A DNA stretch of 64,000 bases, taken from the NCBI GenBank assembly GCA_963792855.1, contig CAWBXZ010000017.1:5074-69073 (forward strand). The letters are read 5' to 3'. The notes under the pieces were generated by a model that searched no databases, was not told the DNA's origin, and saw only the letters and a program-made list of their open reading frames with translations. Every line of letters begins with the position of its first letter. Positions within the stretch are counted from its first letter, which is position 1. The DNA comes from an uncultured beta proteobacterium. GTDB lineage: Bacteria; Pseudomonadota; Gammaproteobacteria; Burkholderiales; Eutrophovitaceae. A program made the position numbers and the translations under genes. This document shows positions 1 to 9,602 of this stretch, one piece after another.

Positions 1-828
1 GGCGCCATCTATGCCAGCCTCGCGCTGGCACTGGTGATGATCTACCAGTCGACGCACCACATCAATTTCGCGCAAGGCGAAATGGCGATGTTCTCGACTT
101 ATCTGGCGTGGGCGATGATCAACGCAGGCGTTCCTTACTGGATTGCGTTTGCGCTAACGGTTGTTGCATCGTTCTTCATCGGCATGACCATCGAACGCGT
201 CATCGTCCGGCGCGTCGCAGACGCCCCGGTGCTGACGCTGGTCGTCGTGTTTATCGCGCTGCTGGTCATCTTGAACAGTGTTACCGGATGGATATTCAGC
301 TACACCATCAAGGTGTTTCCGAGTCCGTTTCCGGAGCAACCGTTGTTCGGTCCGTATATCTCTTCGCATGAGGCCGGTGTGGTCGGCATTACCCTGTTTG
401 TCCTGTTCGTGCTGTTCCTGTTCTTTCGCTTTACCTCGCTGGGACTGGCGATGCGCGCGACTGCGGAAAATGCTGTTTCCAGCCGGCTCTCCGGCATCCG
501 CGTTGGCTGGATGCTCGCGCTCGGGTGGGGGCTTGCGGCAGCCATCGGCGCCATTGCCGGGATGATGGTGGCACCCATCGTTTACCTCGATCCGAACATG
601 ATGTCGGGAATATTGCTCTACGGAATTGCGGCGGCGCTGATGGGCGGCATCGACAATCCGTTCGGTGCCGTGATCGGCGGGTTGATCGTTGGCGTGCTGG
701 AAAACCTGATGGGAGCCTACGTGGTTGGCACGGAACTCAAATTGACCGTTGCGCTGCTGGTCATCATCGGCGTGCTGATCTTCAAACCGACCGGCCTGTT
801 CGGGCGGTCTTTCGTGACGAGGGTCTGA
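1..828 (+). CDS. Branched-chain amino acid ABC transporter permease (LivH/BraD family), 5' end outside window
   Basis: Frame 1 is open from base 1 (GAIYASLALALVMIYQ...). Multi-TM, Gly-rich LivH-like sequence. Its stop overlaps the next start (TGATG at 826-830). Confidence 0.8.
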   Translation, partial: GAIYASLALALVMIYQSTHHINFAQGEMAMFSTYLAWAMINAGVPYWIAFALTVVASFFIGMTIERVIVRRVADAPVLTLVVVFIALLVILNSVTGWIFSYTIKVFPSPFPEQPLFGPYISSHEAGVVGITLFVLFVLFLFFRFTSLGLAMRATAENAVSSRLSGIRVGWMLALGWGLAAAIGAIAGMMVAPIVYLDPNMMSGILLYGIAAALMGGIDNPFGAVIGGLIVGVLENLMGAYVVGTELKLTVALLVIIGVLIFKPTGLFGRSFVTRV

Positions 829-1829
829 TGCACGGCATGCACGCAAACCGGATGCGCTGGATACTGGTTGCGATCGTCGTGATCGCCGCCTGCCTGCTGC
901 CGTTCGTGCTGAGCAGCTACCGCGTGTTCCAGTTCAACCTGGTGCTGGTCTACGCCATCGTGTTGCTCGGGCTGAACATACTCACCGGGTTCAACGGCCA
1001 GATCTCGCTGGGTCATGGCGCCTTCTATGCCATTGGAGCCTATGTTGCGGCGGTGCTGATGGATCAATGGGGCGTGCCTTACTGGGCGACAATTCCGGCG
1101 GCCGGTGTCGTTTGTTTTGTCGCCGGCTTCCTGTTCGGCTTGCCCGCCTTGCGCCTGCACGGGCACTACCTTGCGCTGGCGACCTTTGCGCTGGGCATCT
1201 CGATGCCGCAAATCCTCAAATACAAGGGTCTCGAGGAGTGGACCGGCGGCGTGCAAGGCATCGTCATCCTGAAACCGAAGGCACCGTTCGGACTCGACAT
1301 CAGTCAGGATCAGTGGTTATACCTGTTTACGCTGATCGTTGCGTTGGCGATGTTCTGGCTGGCGTGGAACCTGTTGCGCGGGCGTATCGGCCGGGCGATG
1401 GTGGCGATCCGCGACCATCCGATTGCAGCCGAAGCGATGGGCATCAATGTCGCGGCGGTGAAGACGCTGACATTTGGCGTGAGTGCGTTGTATGCCGGTG
1501 TGGGCGGGGCGCTCGGGGCGATCGTGGTGCAGTTTGTCGCGCCGGACAGTTTCGTCGCACTGGTCTCGATCAGTTTTCTCATTGGCATCGTGATCGGCGG
1601 TCTGGCGTCGATCAGCGGCGTAATTTACGGTGCCTTGTTTATCCAGTTCGTGCCAAATATTGCCGACGAAATTTCAAAAGCCGCCCCGTGGGCGGTGTAT
1701 GGATTGTTTCTGCTGGCTTTTGTTTTCCTGGCCCCGAAGGGTGTTGCCGGATTTATGCAACTGCTGTGGGGCAAGCTGCTGAACTCGCGCAGTCGTAACA
1801 AAGCGCGGTCAGCGCCTGTGCAGTCTTAA
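828..1829 (+). CDS. Branched-chain amino acid ABC transporter permease (LivM/BraE family)
   Basis: In-frame ATG at 828 within ORF 525..1829. Contains NILTGFNGQISLGHGAFYAIGAY, a typical LivM motif, and is multi-TM. Confidence 0.8.
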   Translation: MHGMHANRMRWILVAIVVIAACLLPFVLSSYRVFQFNLVLVYAIVLLGLNILTGFNGQISLGHGAFYAIGAYVAAVLMDQWGVPYWATIPAAGVVCFVAGFLFGLPALRLHGHYLALATFALGISMPQILKYKGLEEWTGGVQGIVILKPKAPFGLDISQDQWLYLFTLIVALAMFWLAWNLLRGRIGRAMVAIRDHPIAAEAMGINVAAVKTLTFGVSALYAGVGGALGAIVVQFVAPDSFVALVSISFLIGIVIGGLASISGVIYGALFIQFVPNIADEISKAAPWAVYGLFLLAFVFLAPKGVAGFMQLLWGKLLNSRSRNKARSAPVQS

Positions 1830-1833
1830 TGAA

Positions 1834-3060
1834 TTGGAGGTAATGATGTTAGCGAAACGTTTTCTCAAGGCGATTTTCCTGGCAAGCGTGGCTGGCGGTC
1901 TGGTTGCCGGGTGTGGCGAGAAGCAAGCGACTTATGACCAGGGTGTGAGCGAGACCGAGATCAAGATCGGCAACACCAATCCTTATAGCGGCCCGGCATC
2001 CGCCTATGGAACGATCGGGCGGGCAACGGCCGCCTATTTCAAAATGATCAACGAGCAGGGCGGAATCAACGGCCGCACGATCAACTTTATTACGCTGGAT
2101 GACGGATACAGCCCGCCCAAAACGGTTGAGCAGATCCGCAAACTGGTCGAAGAGGAACAGGTGTTCTTCCTCGCGGGAACGCTCGGCACGCCTACCAATA
2201 CCGCGATCCACAAGTATGTCAACGCAAAGCAGATACCGCACATCTTCGTGAACACCGGTGCATCCAAGTGGGACGACCCGCAGAACTTCCCGTGGACCAT
2301 GGGGTGGAACCTTAGCTATCCGAACGAATCGAGAATCTATGCGCAGTACCTGCTGAATAACAAACCGGACGCGAAAATCGCCATCCTTTTCCAGAATGAC
2401 GACTACGGGAAAGATTACGTGCACGGTCTGAAAGCAGGCCTGGGCGACAAGGCGGACTCGATGATCGTCGCTGAAGTCAGTTATGAGGTTACCGATCCGA
2501 CGATCGATTCCCAGATCGTGTCGCTGCAGGCATCGGGGGCAGATACGTTTTTCAACGTGACGACACCCAAGTTCGCTGCGCAGGCAATCCGCAAGGTCTA
2601 TGACATCGGCTGGCGGCCGCTGCACATCCTGAATAACGTGTCGAGCTCTGTCGGCTCGGTCCTGAAGCCCGCCGGACTGGAGAAGTCGGTCGATCTCATT
2701 ACCGCACATTATTTCAAGGACCCGAGCGATCCCCAGTGGGCAGATTCGGCGGACGTGAAGGAGTACAAGGCGTGGTTCGCGAAATATTATCCGGAGGGCA
2801 ATATCGACGACGCGTTCAACGTATCCGGATACAGTATTGGCTGGGGAGTGGCCGAAGTCCTCAAGCGTTGCGGCGATGACCTGACGCGCGCCAATGTAAT
2901 GAAGCAGATGGCGTCGATCAAGGACCTGGAATCGCCAATGATGCTGCCCGGTATCAAGTGGAATACGGGTGCGGACGATTTCGCGCTGATCGAATCGGGC
3001 CAGCTGGCGCGGTTCGACGGTGAGAAGTGGGTATTGTTCGGTGAAGTAATTGGCGACTAA
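1834..3060 (+). CDS. ABC transporter substrate-binding lipoprotein (LivK / amino-acid binding family)
   Basis: Lipobox-like LVAGC near the N-terminus. Type I periplasmic binding protein sequence. Directly follows the two permease genes. Confidence 0.75.
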   Translation: MEVMMLAKRFLKAIFLASVAGGLVAGCGEKQATYDQGVSETEIKIGNTNPYSGPASAYGTIGRATAAYFKMINEQGGINGRTINFITLDDGYSPPKTVEQIRKLVEEEQVFFLAGTLGTPTNTAIHKYVNAKQIPHIFVNTGASKWDDPQNFPWTMGWNLSYPNESRIYAQYLLNNKPDAKIAILFQNDDYGKDYVHGLKAGLGDKADSMIVAEVSYEVTDPTIDSQIVSLQASGADTFFNVTTPKFAAQAIRKVYDIGWRPLHILNNVSSSVGSVLKPAGLEKSVDLITAHYFKDPSDPQWADSADVKEYKAWFAKYYPEGNIDDAFNVSGYSIGWGVAEVLKRCGDDLTRANVMKQMASIKDLESPMMLPGIKWNTGADDFALIESGQLARFDGEKWVLFGEVIGD

Positions 3061-3111
3061 AGGTTGACCGGGCCCGCGGGACAACCGCGGGCTCTCGTTT
3101 CGAAGTCCCTG

Positions 3112-4509
3112 TCAGAGTGACGAGAGAAAAGCGATCAGTGCGTCACGATCGCCTTTCTCGAGATTCGTGTAAACGTCGCGCGATACCTGCGCTTCTCCGC
3201 CATGCCAGAGAATCGCTTCTTCGAGTGTGCGGGCACGGCCGTCGTGCAGAAAGTTGTGCGCGCTGTTAACGGTTTTCGATAAGCCGATCCCCCACAACGG
3301 CGGCGTGCGCCAGTCCCGTCCGCCGGCAAGGTAGTCCGGCCGGTTGTCTGCGAGCCCTTCCCCCATGTCATGTATCAGCAAGTCGGTGTAAGGCCGGATG
3401 CGCTGATTGGCGGCCTGCGGAAACGCTTCGAAGTCGCCGGTTTTCAGTTCCGGGACATGGCACACCGAACAGCGTGCGGACTCAAAAATGTTCTCGCCGC
3501 GTTCAACTTGCGGGTCGTCGATGTTCCGTCGCGCCGGTACCGCGAGTGCGCGCAGATACAGTTCGGTTGCGGCGAGGCGCAGCGGCGTAATTTCGGGGCG
3601 GGCAAACAGCATCTGTTCGTCACAGCTTTTCTGGATCGGCGGGCAATTCTGGTCGGGATACAACGGGCTGCTGAGACCGATGTCGTTGAAGAATGCGACG
3701 GCGATCTGCTCGCGCAAGCTGGGATGGTTGGCCTTGAGCCCGAAGCGCCCGGCAACAGTCTGTCGGGTCTCCGGATCCCAGACGTAATTCACCCGCCCCC
3801 TGATACCGTCCGGTTTGTCGCGCGCGGCCAGTTCGTCGATGGTGGATTGCGGGACGGCTTCTAGCAGCCCGAGCCCGAACACTGGAGGGGAGCGGCGCAG
3901 TCCGGTCATTGCGCCCTCGCCGAGCGGCCCGAAAGCGAGATCCCCGATGGTCAGTTCGGGTGCGCGCAGTTCCACCCCGGTGCCATCGGCCAGCGTGACG
4001 GTGTGTTTCTTCCACTCAACGGCAAAACTCGCTTCGGCCGGCACCACGCCCTTGACGCCGAACACCTGAAGCTGATCGCCGTAGTGCGGATGGAAGCGGG
4101 GGCCATTGTTCTCATCCGCTCCAGGCAGACTGACGCGAACAACGGCATTCGGCGCAGGCTCGAAAGGAACCGTGATGTTCTGGTCGAGTTTCTCGCCGTC
4201 CGGCTTGATGACTGCCGCATCCCCGGGTGCCATTCCCCTGCCGTTGCCGTCATGGCAGGTTGTACACGCCTGCGCATTGGACGTCGGGCCTCTGCCGAAG
4301 ATGGCGTTCTCGAACCAGAAAAAAGCCCAGCGGTTGTGAAACATCTGGTGACCGAGTGCGAACAGTTCGGTTTGTTCGGCAGTCAGGTTCGCAGCCGGGT
4401 GAGAGTAGGCCGTCGCAGTTGCATCGTTGACGGTGAGCGCACCGCCGGACAGTGCCCGTTCGTTCAAACCGGCATCCGGTGCCAGTGAGGCGATGCCCGG
4501 CAGCAGCAA
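3112..4509 (-). CDS. DUF1111-type di-heme protein (two CxxCH; cytochrome c peroxidase-like / 'thiol oxidoreductase' family). The 5' end is problematic.
   Basis: Two heme c motifs (CTTCHDGNG and CSVCHVPE). The first canonical start (TTG 4509) falls inside a signal-peptide-like segment. An SD plus GTG at 4576 lies in another frame (see findings). Confidence 0.65.
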   Translation of the reverse strand: MLLPGIASLAPDAGLNERALSGGALTVNDATATAYSHPAANLTAEQTELFALGHQMFHNRWAFFWFENAIFGRGPTSNAQACTTCHDGNGRGMAPGDAAVIKPDGEKLDQNITVPFEPAPNAVVRVSLPGADENNGPRFHPHYGDQLQVFGVKGVVPAEASFAVEWKKHTVTLADGTGVELRAPELTIGDLAFGPLGEGAMTGLRRSPPVFGLGLLEAVPQSTIDELAARDKPDGIRGRVNYVWDPETRQTVAGRFGLKANHPSLREQIAVAFFNDIGLSSPLYPDQNCPPIQKSCDEQMLFARPEITPLRLAATELYLRALAVPARRNIDDPQVERGENIFESARCSVCHVPELKTGDFEAFPQAANQRIRPYTDLLIHDMGEGLADNRPDYLAGGRDWRTPPLWGIGLSKTVNSAHNFLHDGRARTLEEAILWHGGEAQVSRDVYTNLEKGDRDALIAFLSSL

Positions 4510-4605
4510 GGCAGCCGCGAGGAGAATACGCCGTGGTATACGTCACTGCGGTCAACCCAACTGCAGATGCAGGCACGATGCCTCCGTGTTATGCGATTTT
4601 TCCGG

Positions 4606-5739
4606 TCAAAGGATCTTCTCGCCAAACTTGGCGACGGCTTTTTCCGACAAGCGCAGACCGAGTCCGGGGTCCTGGTTCAGTGTCAGCCAGCCATTCGATA
4701 TATCGGGCGGGTTCTCGAACAATTCGGCTTGCAGCGGGTCGCGCTCCGGGTCGGTGAATGATTCGACGATGCAACCCGCCGGACTCGCGGCAACAATATG
4801 CGCGTGAATGAAACAGTCGTGGTGCGGCGCGACCTGCACGTGATTCAACTCACACAGCGCAGCCAGCTTGCGTCCTTCGGTGAAACCGCCCGTCATGGTG
4901 CAGTCGAACTGCAGTATGTCGATTGCCTGTTCATCGACGAGCGCGCGGCATCCCCAGCTCGTGAGTTCGCTTTCGCCCGCCGACAGCGGAATGCGTGTGC
5001 GCTTTGACAGCAATTTCAGTTCGCGCCGGTCGTCCGCCCAGCGCACCGGTTCTTCCAGCCAGCGCGGGCGCAGCGGTTCGAGCAGGCGCGCACCTTCGAT
5101 GGCGGTTGCCAAATCCCAGCCGCGGTTGACATCGACCATCAGGTCCTTGTCCTCGCCGATCACTTCGCGCACCAGTTCGAGGCGGGTCATGTCTTCGCTC
5201 AGCGGCACGCCACCGGCTTTGGCCTTGAAACCCTGGTGCCCCTGCGCCTTGAGCATCTCCATCTCGTCGCGCAATTCGGCCAGATCCTTGCCGTCCCGAT
5301 AGTAGGCGCAGGTCACGTAACAGGGAATCTTGTCGCGATATCCGCCGAACAAACGGTACAGCGGCAAACCGGCCGCTTTGCCGATGATGTCCCAGCAGGC
5401 GATGTCCACTGCGGCCGAGATGCGCATCAGCGCTTCGCGCGACCAGCCTTTTTCATGGCCGAGCCGTTGTGATGTCAGGGCGAAAAGTTTCTGAAAGAGT
5501 TTTTCCGGTGCCAGCGCATCGGCGCCGACAACCTGATCGCCAATGCCGGTACGAAACGCATGAATCGCTGCCTCGATGGGCGTGTAACTGGTGGCGAGGC
5601 CGAAACCCTCGATACCCTCGTCGGTCCGGAGCCGCACCAGAATCTCGTTGGCCCGCGGCACGATAAAGTGGCTGACCCAATGCGGCCGGCCAGTGTCCGG
5701 TGCGCGCAGGATGAATACTTCGAGCTTGGTGATCTTCAT
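4606..5739 (-). CDS. Enolase-superfamily enzyme (mandelate racemase / muconate lactonizing enzyme family)
   Basis: N-terminus MKITKLEVFILRAP plus KAKAGG, DVNRGW, LEEP and SAGES segments typical of MR/MLE. Start taken at the ATG 16 codons inside ORF 4606..5787. Confidence 0.7.
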   Translation of the reverse strand: MKITKLEVFILRAPDTGRPHWVSHFIVPRANEILVRLRTDEGIEGFGLATSYTPIEAAIHAFRTGIGDQVVGADALAPEKLFQKLFALTSQRLGHEKGWSREALMRISAAVDIACWDIIGKAAGLPLYRLFGGYRDKIPCYVTCAYYRDGKDLAELRDEMEMLKAQGHQGFKAKAGGVPLSEDMTRLELVREVIGEDKDLMVDVNRGWDLATAIEGARLLEPLRPRWLEEPVRWADDRRELKLLSKRTRIPLSAGESELTSWGCRALVDEQAIDILQFDCTMTGGFTEGRKLAALCELNHVQVAPHHDCFIHAHIVAASPAGCIVESFTDPERDPLQAELFENPPDISNGWLTLNQDPGLGLRLSEKAVAKFGEKIL

Positions 5740-5795
5740 TGTCGTGGTCAGTGTGGCTGGCGAAACCGTAATGATAAATGGGAACACGCGCGCCA

Positions 5796-6016
5796 GGCGC
5801 CGCGTTCCACAACTGGTTGGGATCTACAGGTCCGGAATTGCCACGCCAATTTGTTCGAGTATGCCTTGCGGGGGCGCGCTGGACAGGCGGAGCAGGGGCC
5901 CCGCGGCCGGGGATGCGACCCTGTAAGCGCGCTCGGCGCCGCGTTCCACAGCGGGTCGGGATCTACAGGTTGGGAATTGCCACACCGATCTGTTCCAGTA
6001 TCCCTCGCGGCGCCCC
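5796..6016. repeat. Direct repeat, about 82 bp x2 with a 139-bp period, duplicating the 3' end and 3' flank of the 5963..6406 gene
   Basis: Copy 1 starts at 5796 and copy 2 at 5935; both begin GGCGCCGCGTTCCACA. Roughly 85% identity by hand alignment. Both copies encode GILEQIGVAIP(D/N)L-stop on the minus strand. Confidence 0.85.
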
Positions 6017-6406
6017 CCCGACAATCGGCTCAGGAAAAATGATCGTGAGTTTGCTGTCCTCAATACGGTAGTAAAAATAATGCGGCGGGATCTTCACCCG
6101 CTTTGCGGTCGGTGCAATCGGTTCCATTCCGGGCAGCGCCCAGGTGCCGGTGTGGGTTCCGCTCTGGCGCCATCTGATCGCGTAATTGCCCTGGCCGCGG
6201 TCTTCGATTCCGTCGTGTTCGTATTTCCAGTCCGGGAACGCGGTGTACAACGCGTTGAGCATGACGAGGAACTGCGCTTTGTCGAGGATGCGGGTTGCGC
6301 TGATAAACAAGAGCTCGTCGGAAACCGTGGTGGCGACCTTGTCGACGTCGTGCATTTCAAGCCCCGTGACATACTCCGTCAGGGCTGCCGCTATGGCCTG
6401 GGTCAT
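5963..6406 (-). CDS. SnoaL-like / NTF2-fold protein (ester cyclase-like)
   Basis: 147 aa. The small alpha+beta pattern (FPDWKYE, YAIRWRQSGTHTG) resembles SnoaL-type cyclases. Assigned by resemblance only. Confidence 0.45.
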   Translation of the reverse strand: MTQAIAAALTEYVTGLEMHDVDKVATTVSDELLFISATRILDKAQFLVMLNALYTAFPDWKYEHDGIEDRGQGNYAIRWRQSGTHTGTWALPGMEPIAPTAKRVKIPPHYFYYRIEDSKLTIIFPEPIVGGAPRGILEQIGVAIPNL

Positions 6407-6439
6407 CGAATCGAAACAACCTTTCCCGTGTTGAATGCC

Positions 6440-7030
6440 CTAACGTGACTGGCGGCCTCTTGCCGCCATGACGAGGTCACGCACGGTAACGAGTGCCGCG
6501 ACGATCAGTAAAACCAGTCCCGTCCAGACGATGGTCCTGTTCGGTGGTTCGACTTTCTCCACCACATCAAGCGAGAGCGACGGCACTGTGTGCGGGTTGC
6601 CGATCTCTTCGAGTACAAAAACATAGTCCGCCGGATAGGGAATCTCCATCGGTCCCACATCCACCGTTTGTGTTCCGGAGCGCCTGGCGCCCACGACGAT
6701 CGGACGCTCCAGAATCGTGTGGTCGAACTGCGCGAGTGATGCCTGATACTGCAGGTCGGTTCCGGCTTCCGCATTCGCGCCGTCGCTGAACGAAAAACGC
6801 AGGCGCAACGCCACCTCGTTCATCTCCGGCGTCAGCGTCAGCACTACCGGCTTGTACGCTACACCATTCGCGAAGCGAAGAATGCTGCCATCCGGCATGA
6901 CCCAGCGCGATGCGCGCTCGGTCATTTCGACTGTTTGTGACGTGCTGCCGCTGAGAAACAGGCAGTACGCATAGTAAGCCGGCCCAAGCAGAAGGCCGAC
7001 CATGAGCAGCAGGGCGATCGCCGGCCGCAT
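6440..7030 (-). CDS. Hypothetical membrane protein (hydrophobic segments at both N- and C-terminus)
   Basis: ORF of 196 aa. N-terminal AIALLLMVGLLLGPAYYAYCLFL and C-terminal VWTGLVLLIVAALVTV. No recognisable family. Confidence 0.5.
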   Translation of the reverse strand: MRPAIALLLMVGLLLGPAYYAYCLFLSGSTSQTVEMTERASRWVMPDGSILRFANGVAYKPVVLTLTPEMNEVALRLRFSFSDGANAEAGTDLQYQASLAQFDHTILERPIVVGARRSGTQTVDVGPMEIPYPADYVFVLEEIGNPHTVPSLSLDVVEKVEPPNRTIVWTGLVLLIVAALVTVRDLVMAARGRQSR

Positions 7031-7047
7031 CCGTCAGGCCGCCGTGA

Positions 7048-7407
7048 CTAACGATTCTTTCGGTTCGTCCATTTGCTGGCGCACTGCACCGGGGTGTTGC
7101 GCACCAGTTGTTCCTGCAACTTCGCATCCGCCCAGTGAATGACGTTATGGCTGTCGCCGCTGGTGAGATTTTCCAGCTGCGTTTCGACTTCCGTCATGTT
7201 GCCGGCGACCCGGTCGCCCACTTTCGGTAACGGCAGACCGCGAGCGGAAAACAGACCGAACTTTTCGGGTTCGTCCGACGGCGGCAGTTCGACGACGAAA
7301 TACCCGCATGTCGTGTCAATCCACGTAACTTCCACCTCGGCTGCAAGGCCGGTTGACAGATGAATGCAAAGTGCCGCTGCGCCGGCAATCGTGATGCGTC
7401 TTTTCAT
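7048..7407 (-). CDS. Hypothetical small secreted protein
   Basis: Signal-peptide-like MKRRITIAGAAALCIHLSTGLAAE. 17-nt gap to the downstream gene. No recognisable family. Confidence 0.45.
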   Translation of the reverse strand: MKRRITIAGAAALCIHLSTGLAAEVEVTWIDTTCGYFVVELPPSDEPEKFGLFSARGLPLPKVGDRVAGNMTEVETQLENLTSGDSHNVIHWADAKLQEQLVRNTPVQCASKWTNRKNR

Positions 7408-7872
7408 ATCTCGTTCTCTCTCGCTGGATCTCAAAAAAAATGAATGTCATTAATGCGCTGGCTGCCCGGACGTCCCGGCCGGTCGGGTGCTGCACTGTTG
7501 CGTCGCAGCACAACGAGGCGCTTGACTTACCCTTTCTGCATAGTACAACGTATAGTCCGGCATTCGGGAAGGAGGGCACGCCAGGGAGCTGTAATCGTGT
7601 ATGCGAACGGCTTCAGCAATGTCGTGACACGATCGGTCATAAGCGGCGTTTGGAAAGATGATGTCCTGCCGCTTTCCGGAACGGCCGTGGTCAGTGACTC
7701 GGCGGCGGCTGTTACGAATCATGGCGTTGATTCTGTCTCCCGTTGTTTCAGTTTGTTGGTTTGTGTCTCAGTTCAACCGGGAAGGTTGTTTGGCAACATA
7801 ACAATACTCACCCCCCTGTGCCCGGGCTAGGGGGATAAGGGTTCATCAAGAACTTTCGGAGGAGAGCAAGCA

Positions 7873-9564
7873 ATGAAGCAATTGAAATTGAAGGGTGTCG
7901 TCGTAGCCCTGGCCATGGCCGGTTTTGCCAGCCTGGCGCAGGCGGGTCCGGTGACCGACAAAATGCTGGCGATGGATGCAGGGGACGAATGGTTGCATGC
8001 CAACGGCAACTGGGCGGGACATCGCTACAGCACGCTCAGTAACATCAATGCACGCAATGCCAAGAAACTGAATGTGGCGTGGATGAAGTCCATCGGTGCC
8101 AAGACCGACACCATGGCCACACCGTTGTATCACGACGGCCTGTTGTTCATTCCGCAGGACAACAAGGTGTTCGCGATGAGTGCCGATGACGGCTCCATCG
8201 TCTGGAAATACGAGCACACGCTGCCCGAAGACTGGGGCGGTTACAACGTACCGTTCTTTACCGGCAAGCACCGCGGCGTGGCCATTTCGGGCATGTACGT
8301 GTTTTTCCTGTCTAACGACAACAAGCTGCACGCGCTGGATTACAAGACGGGCAAGGCAGCGTATGTCAAGGATTACCAGGACCAGGGATTCCCTTATCCA
8401 AAGGACTTTTCCCAGGCGGGTGATTCCAACGGGTACGTCAGTACCGTAGGTCCGCTGGCGATTCCGGGCGCGATCCTGTTGCCGATGAATGCAACCGATA
8501 CCGGCGGCCTGCCGGGCTACGTGTTGGCGGTCAATCCGGCCAACGGGGACGCGATGTGGAAGGCCAACATGATTCCCGGACCGGGCGAAGAGGGTTATGA
8601 CACCTGGCCCGAGGGCAGCCATGAATACGGTGGTGCCGGCCCGTGGATTGTGGGTTCCTATGATCCCGATCTGAAAATGTACTTCACCGGCACGGCGAAC
8701 GCCTACGAATGGAATCCGAAGAACCGCGGTGGCGGCGAAATGGACAACGTCGGTGCGGCCAGCATCGTCGCCGTCAATACCGGCGACGGCAGCGTGGCCT
8801 GGCGTTACGTCGGTGTTCCCGGCGACCCATGGGATTACGATCTCCCGCAAACACCGCTGGTGATCGATATCGATGGCAAGAAGACGATCGTGCAGCCGAA
8901 CAAGACGGGCTACATCCATCATCTGGATGCCAAGACCGGCAAGTTCCTGAAGGCAGACAAGTTCATCGATCAGGTGAACTGGATCAAGGGCTACGACAAG
9001 AACGGCCGGCCGATTGACATGATTCCCCTGCCGGAAGAAGGCGGCGATCCCGTTCTGGTCCAGCCAGGACTGCTTGGCGGCGTGAACATGTATCCGTCGG
9101 CATACAACCCGAAGACCGGGTTGGTCTACTTGCCTGCTGCCGAGTCGGGAATGATGTATGGCTTTGAGGAAATCAAGATCATCAGCAACGTACGTCACTT
9201 CGGCGCTTACCAGGAATTCGAATGGGGGCCGGAAGTCGACAAGGCGGTCAACGTCAAGACCGGCGAGGAAGTCTGGCGCGATACCCAGGAAGGCGAACCA
9301 GGCTATGCCGGCGGCATGCTGACCACGGCCGGCAACATCACCGTATATACAACGCAGGGCGGGAAATTCACCGTAGCCGACGCCAAGAGCGGCAAGATTC
9401 TCTACCGGCTGAACATGGGTGGTGCTGCCAAATCGGGCCCGATGACCTACAAACACAAGGGCAAGCAGTACATTGTCCAGGCTTTGGGTGGTGTGGCGCA
9501 GTTTGGCCGTGACGAACCACTCAAGAACGAGTTCGCCAGTGTAATTGTGGCCTTTACCAATTGA
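7873..9564 (+). CDS. PQQ-dependent dehydrogenase, methanol/ethanol family, divergent (DYD motif present, vicinal Cys-Cys absent)
   Basis: Signal peptide. Eight-bladed quinoprotein-like sequence that can be aligned to the XoxF copy in this window. Contains GDPWDYD. Has PFFTGKHRGVA where XoxF has KLCCDVVNRGVA. Confidence 0.8.
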   Translation: MKQLKLKGVVVALAMAGFASLAQAGPVTDKMLAMDAGDEWLHANGNWAGHRYSTLSNINARNAKKLNVAWMKSIGAKTDTMATPLYHDGLLFIPQDNKVFAMSADDGSIVWKYEHTLPEDWGGYNVPFFTGKHRGVAISGMYVFFLSNDNKLHALDYKTGKAAYVKDYQDQGFPYPKDFSQAGDSNGYVSTVGPLAIPGAILLPMNATDTGGLPGYVLAVNPANGDAMWKANMIPGPGEEGYDTWPEGSHEYGGAGPWIVGSYDPDLKMYFTGTANAYEWNPKNRGGGEMDNVGAASIVAVNTGDGSVAWRYVGVPGDPWDYDLPQTPLVIDIDGKKTIVQPNKTGYIHHLDAKTGKFLKADKFIDQVNWIKGYDKNGRPIDMIPLPEEGGDPVLVQPGLLGGVNMYPSAYNPKTGLVYLPAAESGMMYGFEEIKIISNVRHFGAYQEFEWGPEVDKAVNVKTGEEVWRDTQEGEPGYAGGMLTTAGNITVYTTQGGKFTVADAKSGKILYRLNMGGAAKSGPMTYKHKGKQYIVQALGGVAQFGRDEPLKNEFASVIVAFTN

Positions 9565-9602
9565 GTTCCGTTGTGTAGAAGACCCTGAGACATAGAGGGT
9601 CG

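Noticed and set aside
7791-7805. Sigma54-like TGGCAAC-ATAA-CAAT upstream of the atypical PQQ dehydrogenase.
   Set aside because: The -12 element lacks the obligatory GC (CAAT instead of TTGC).
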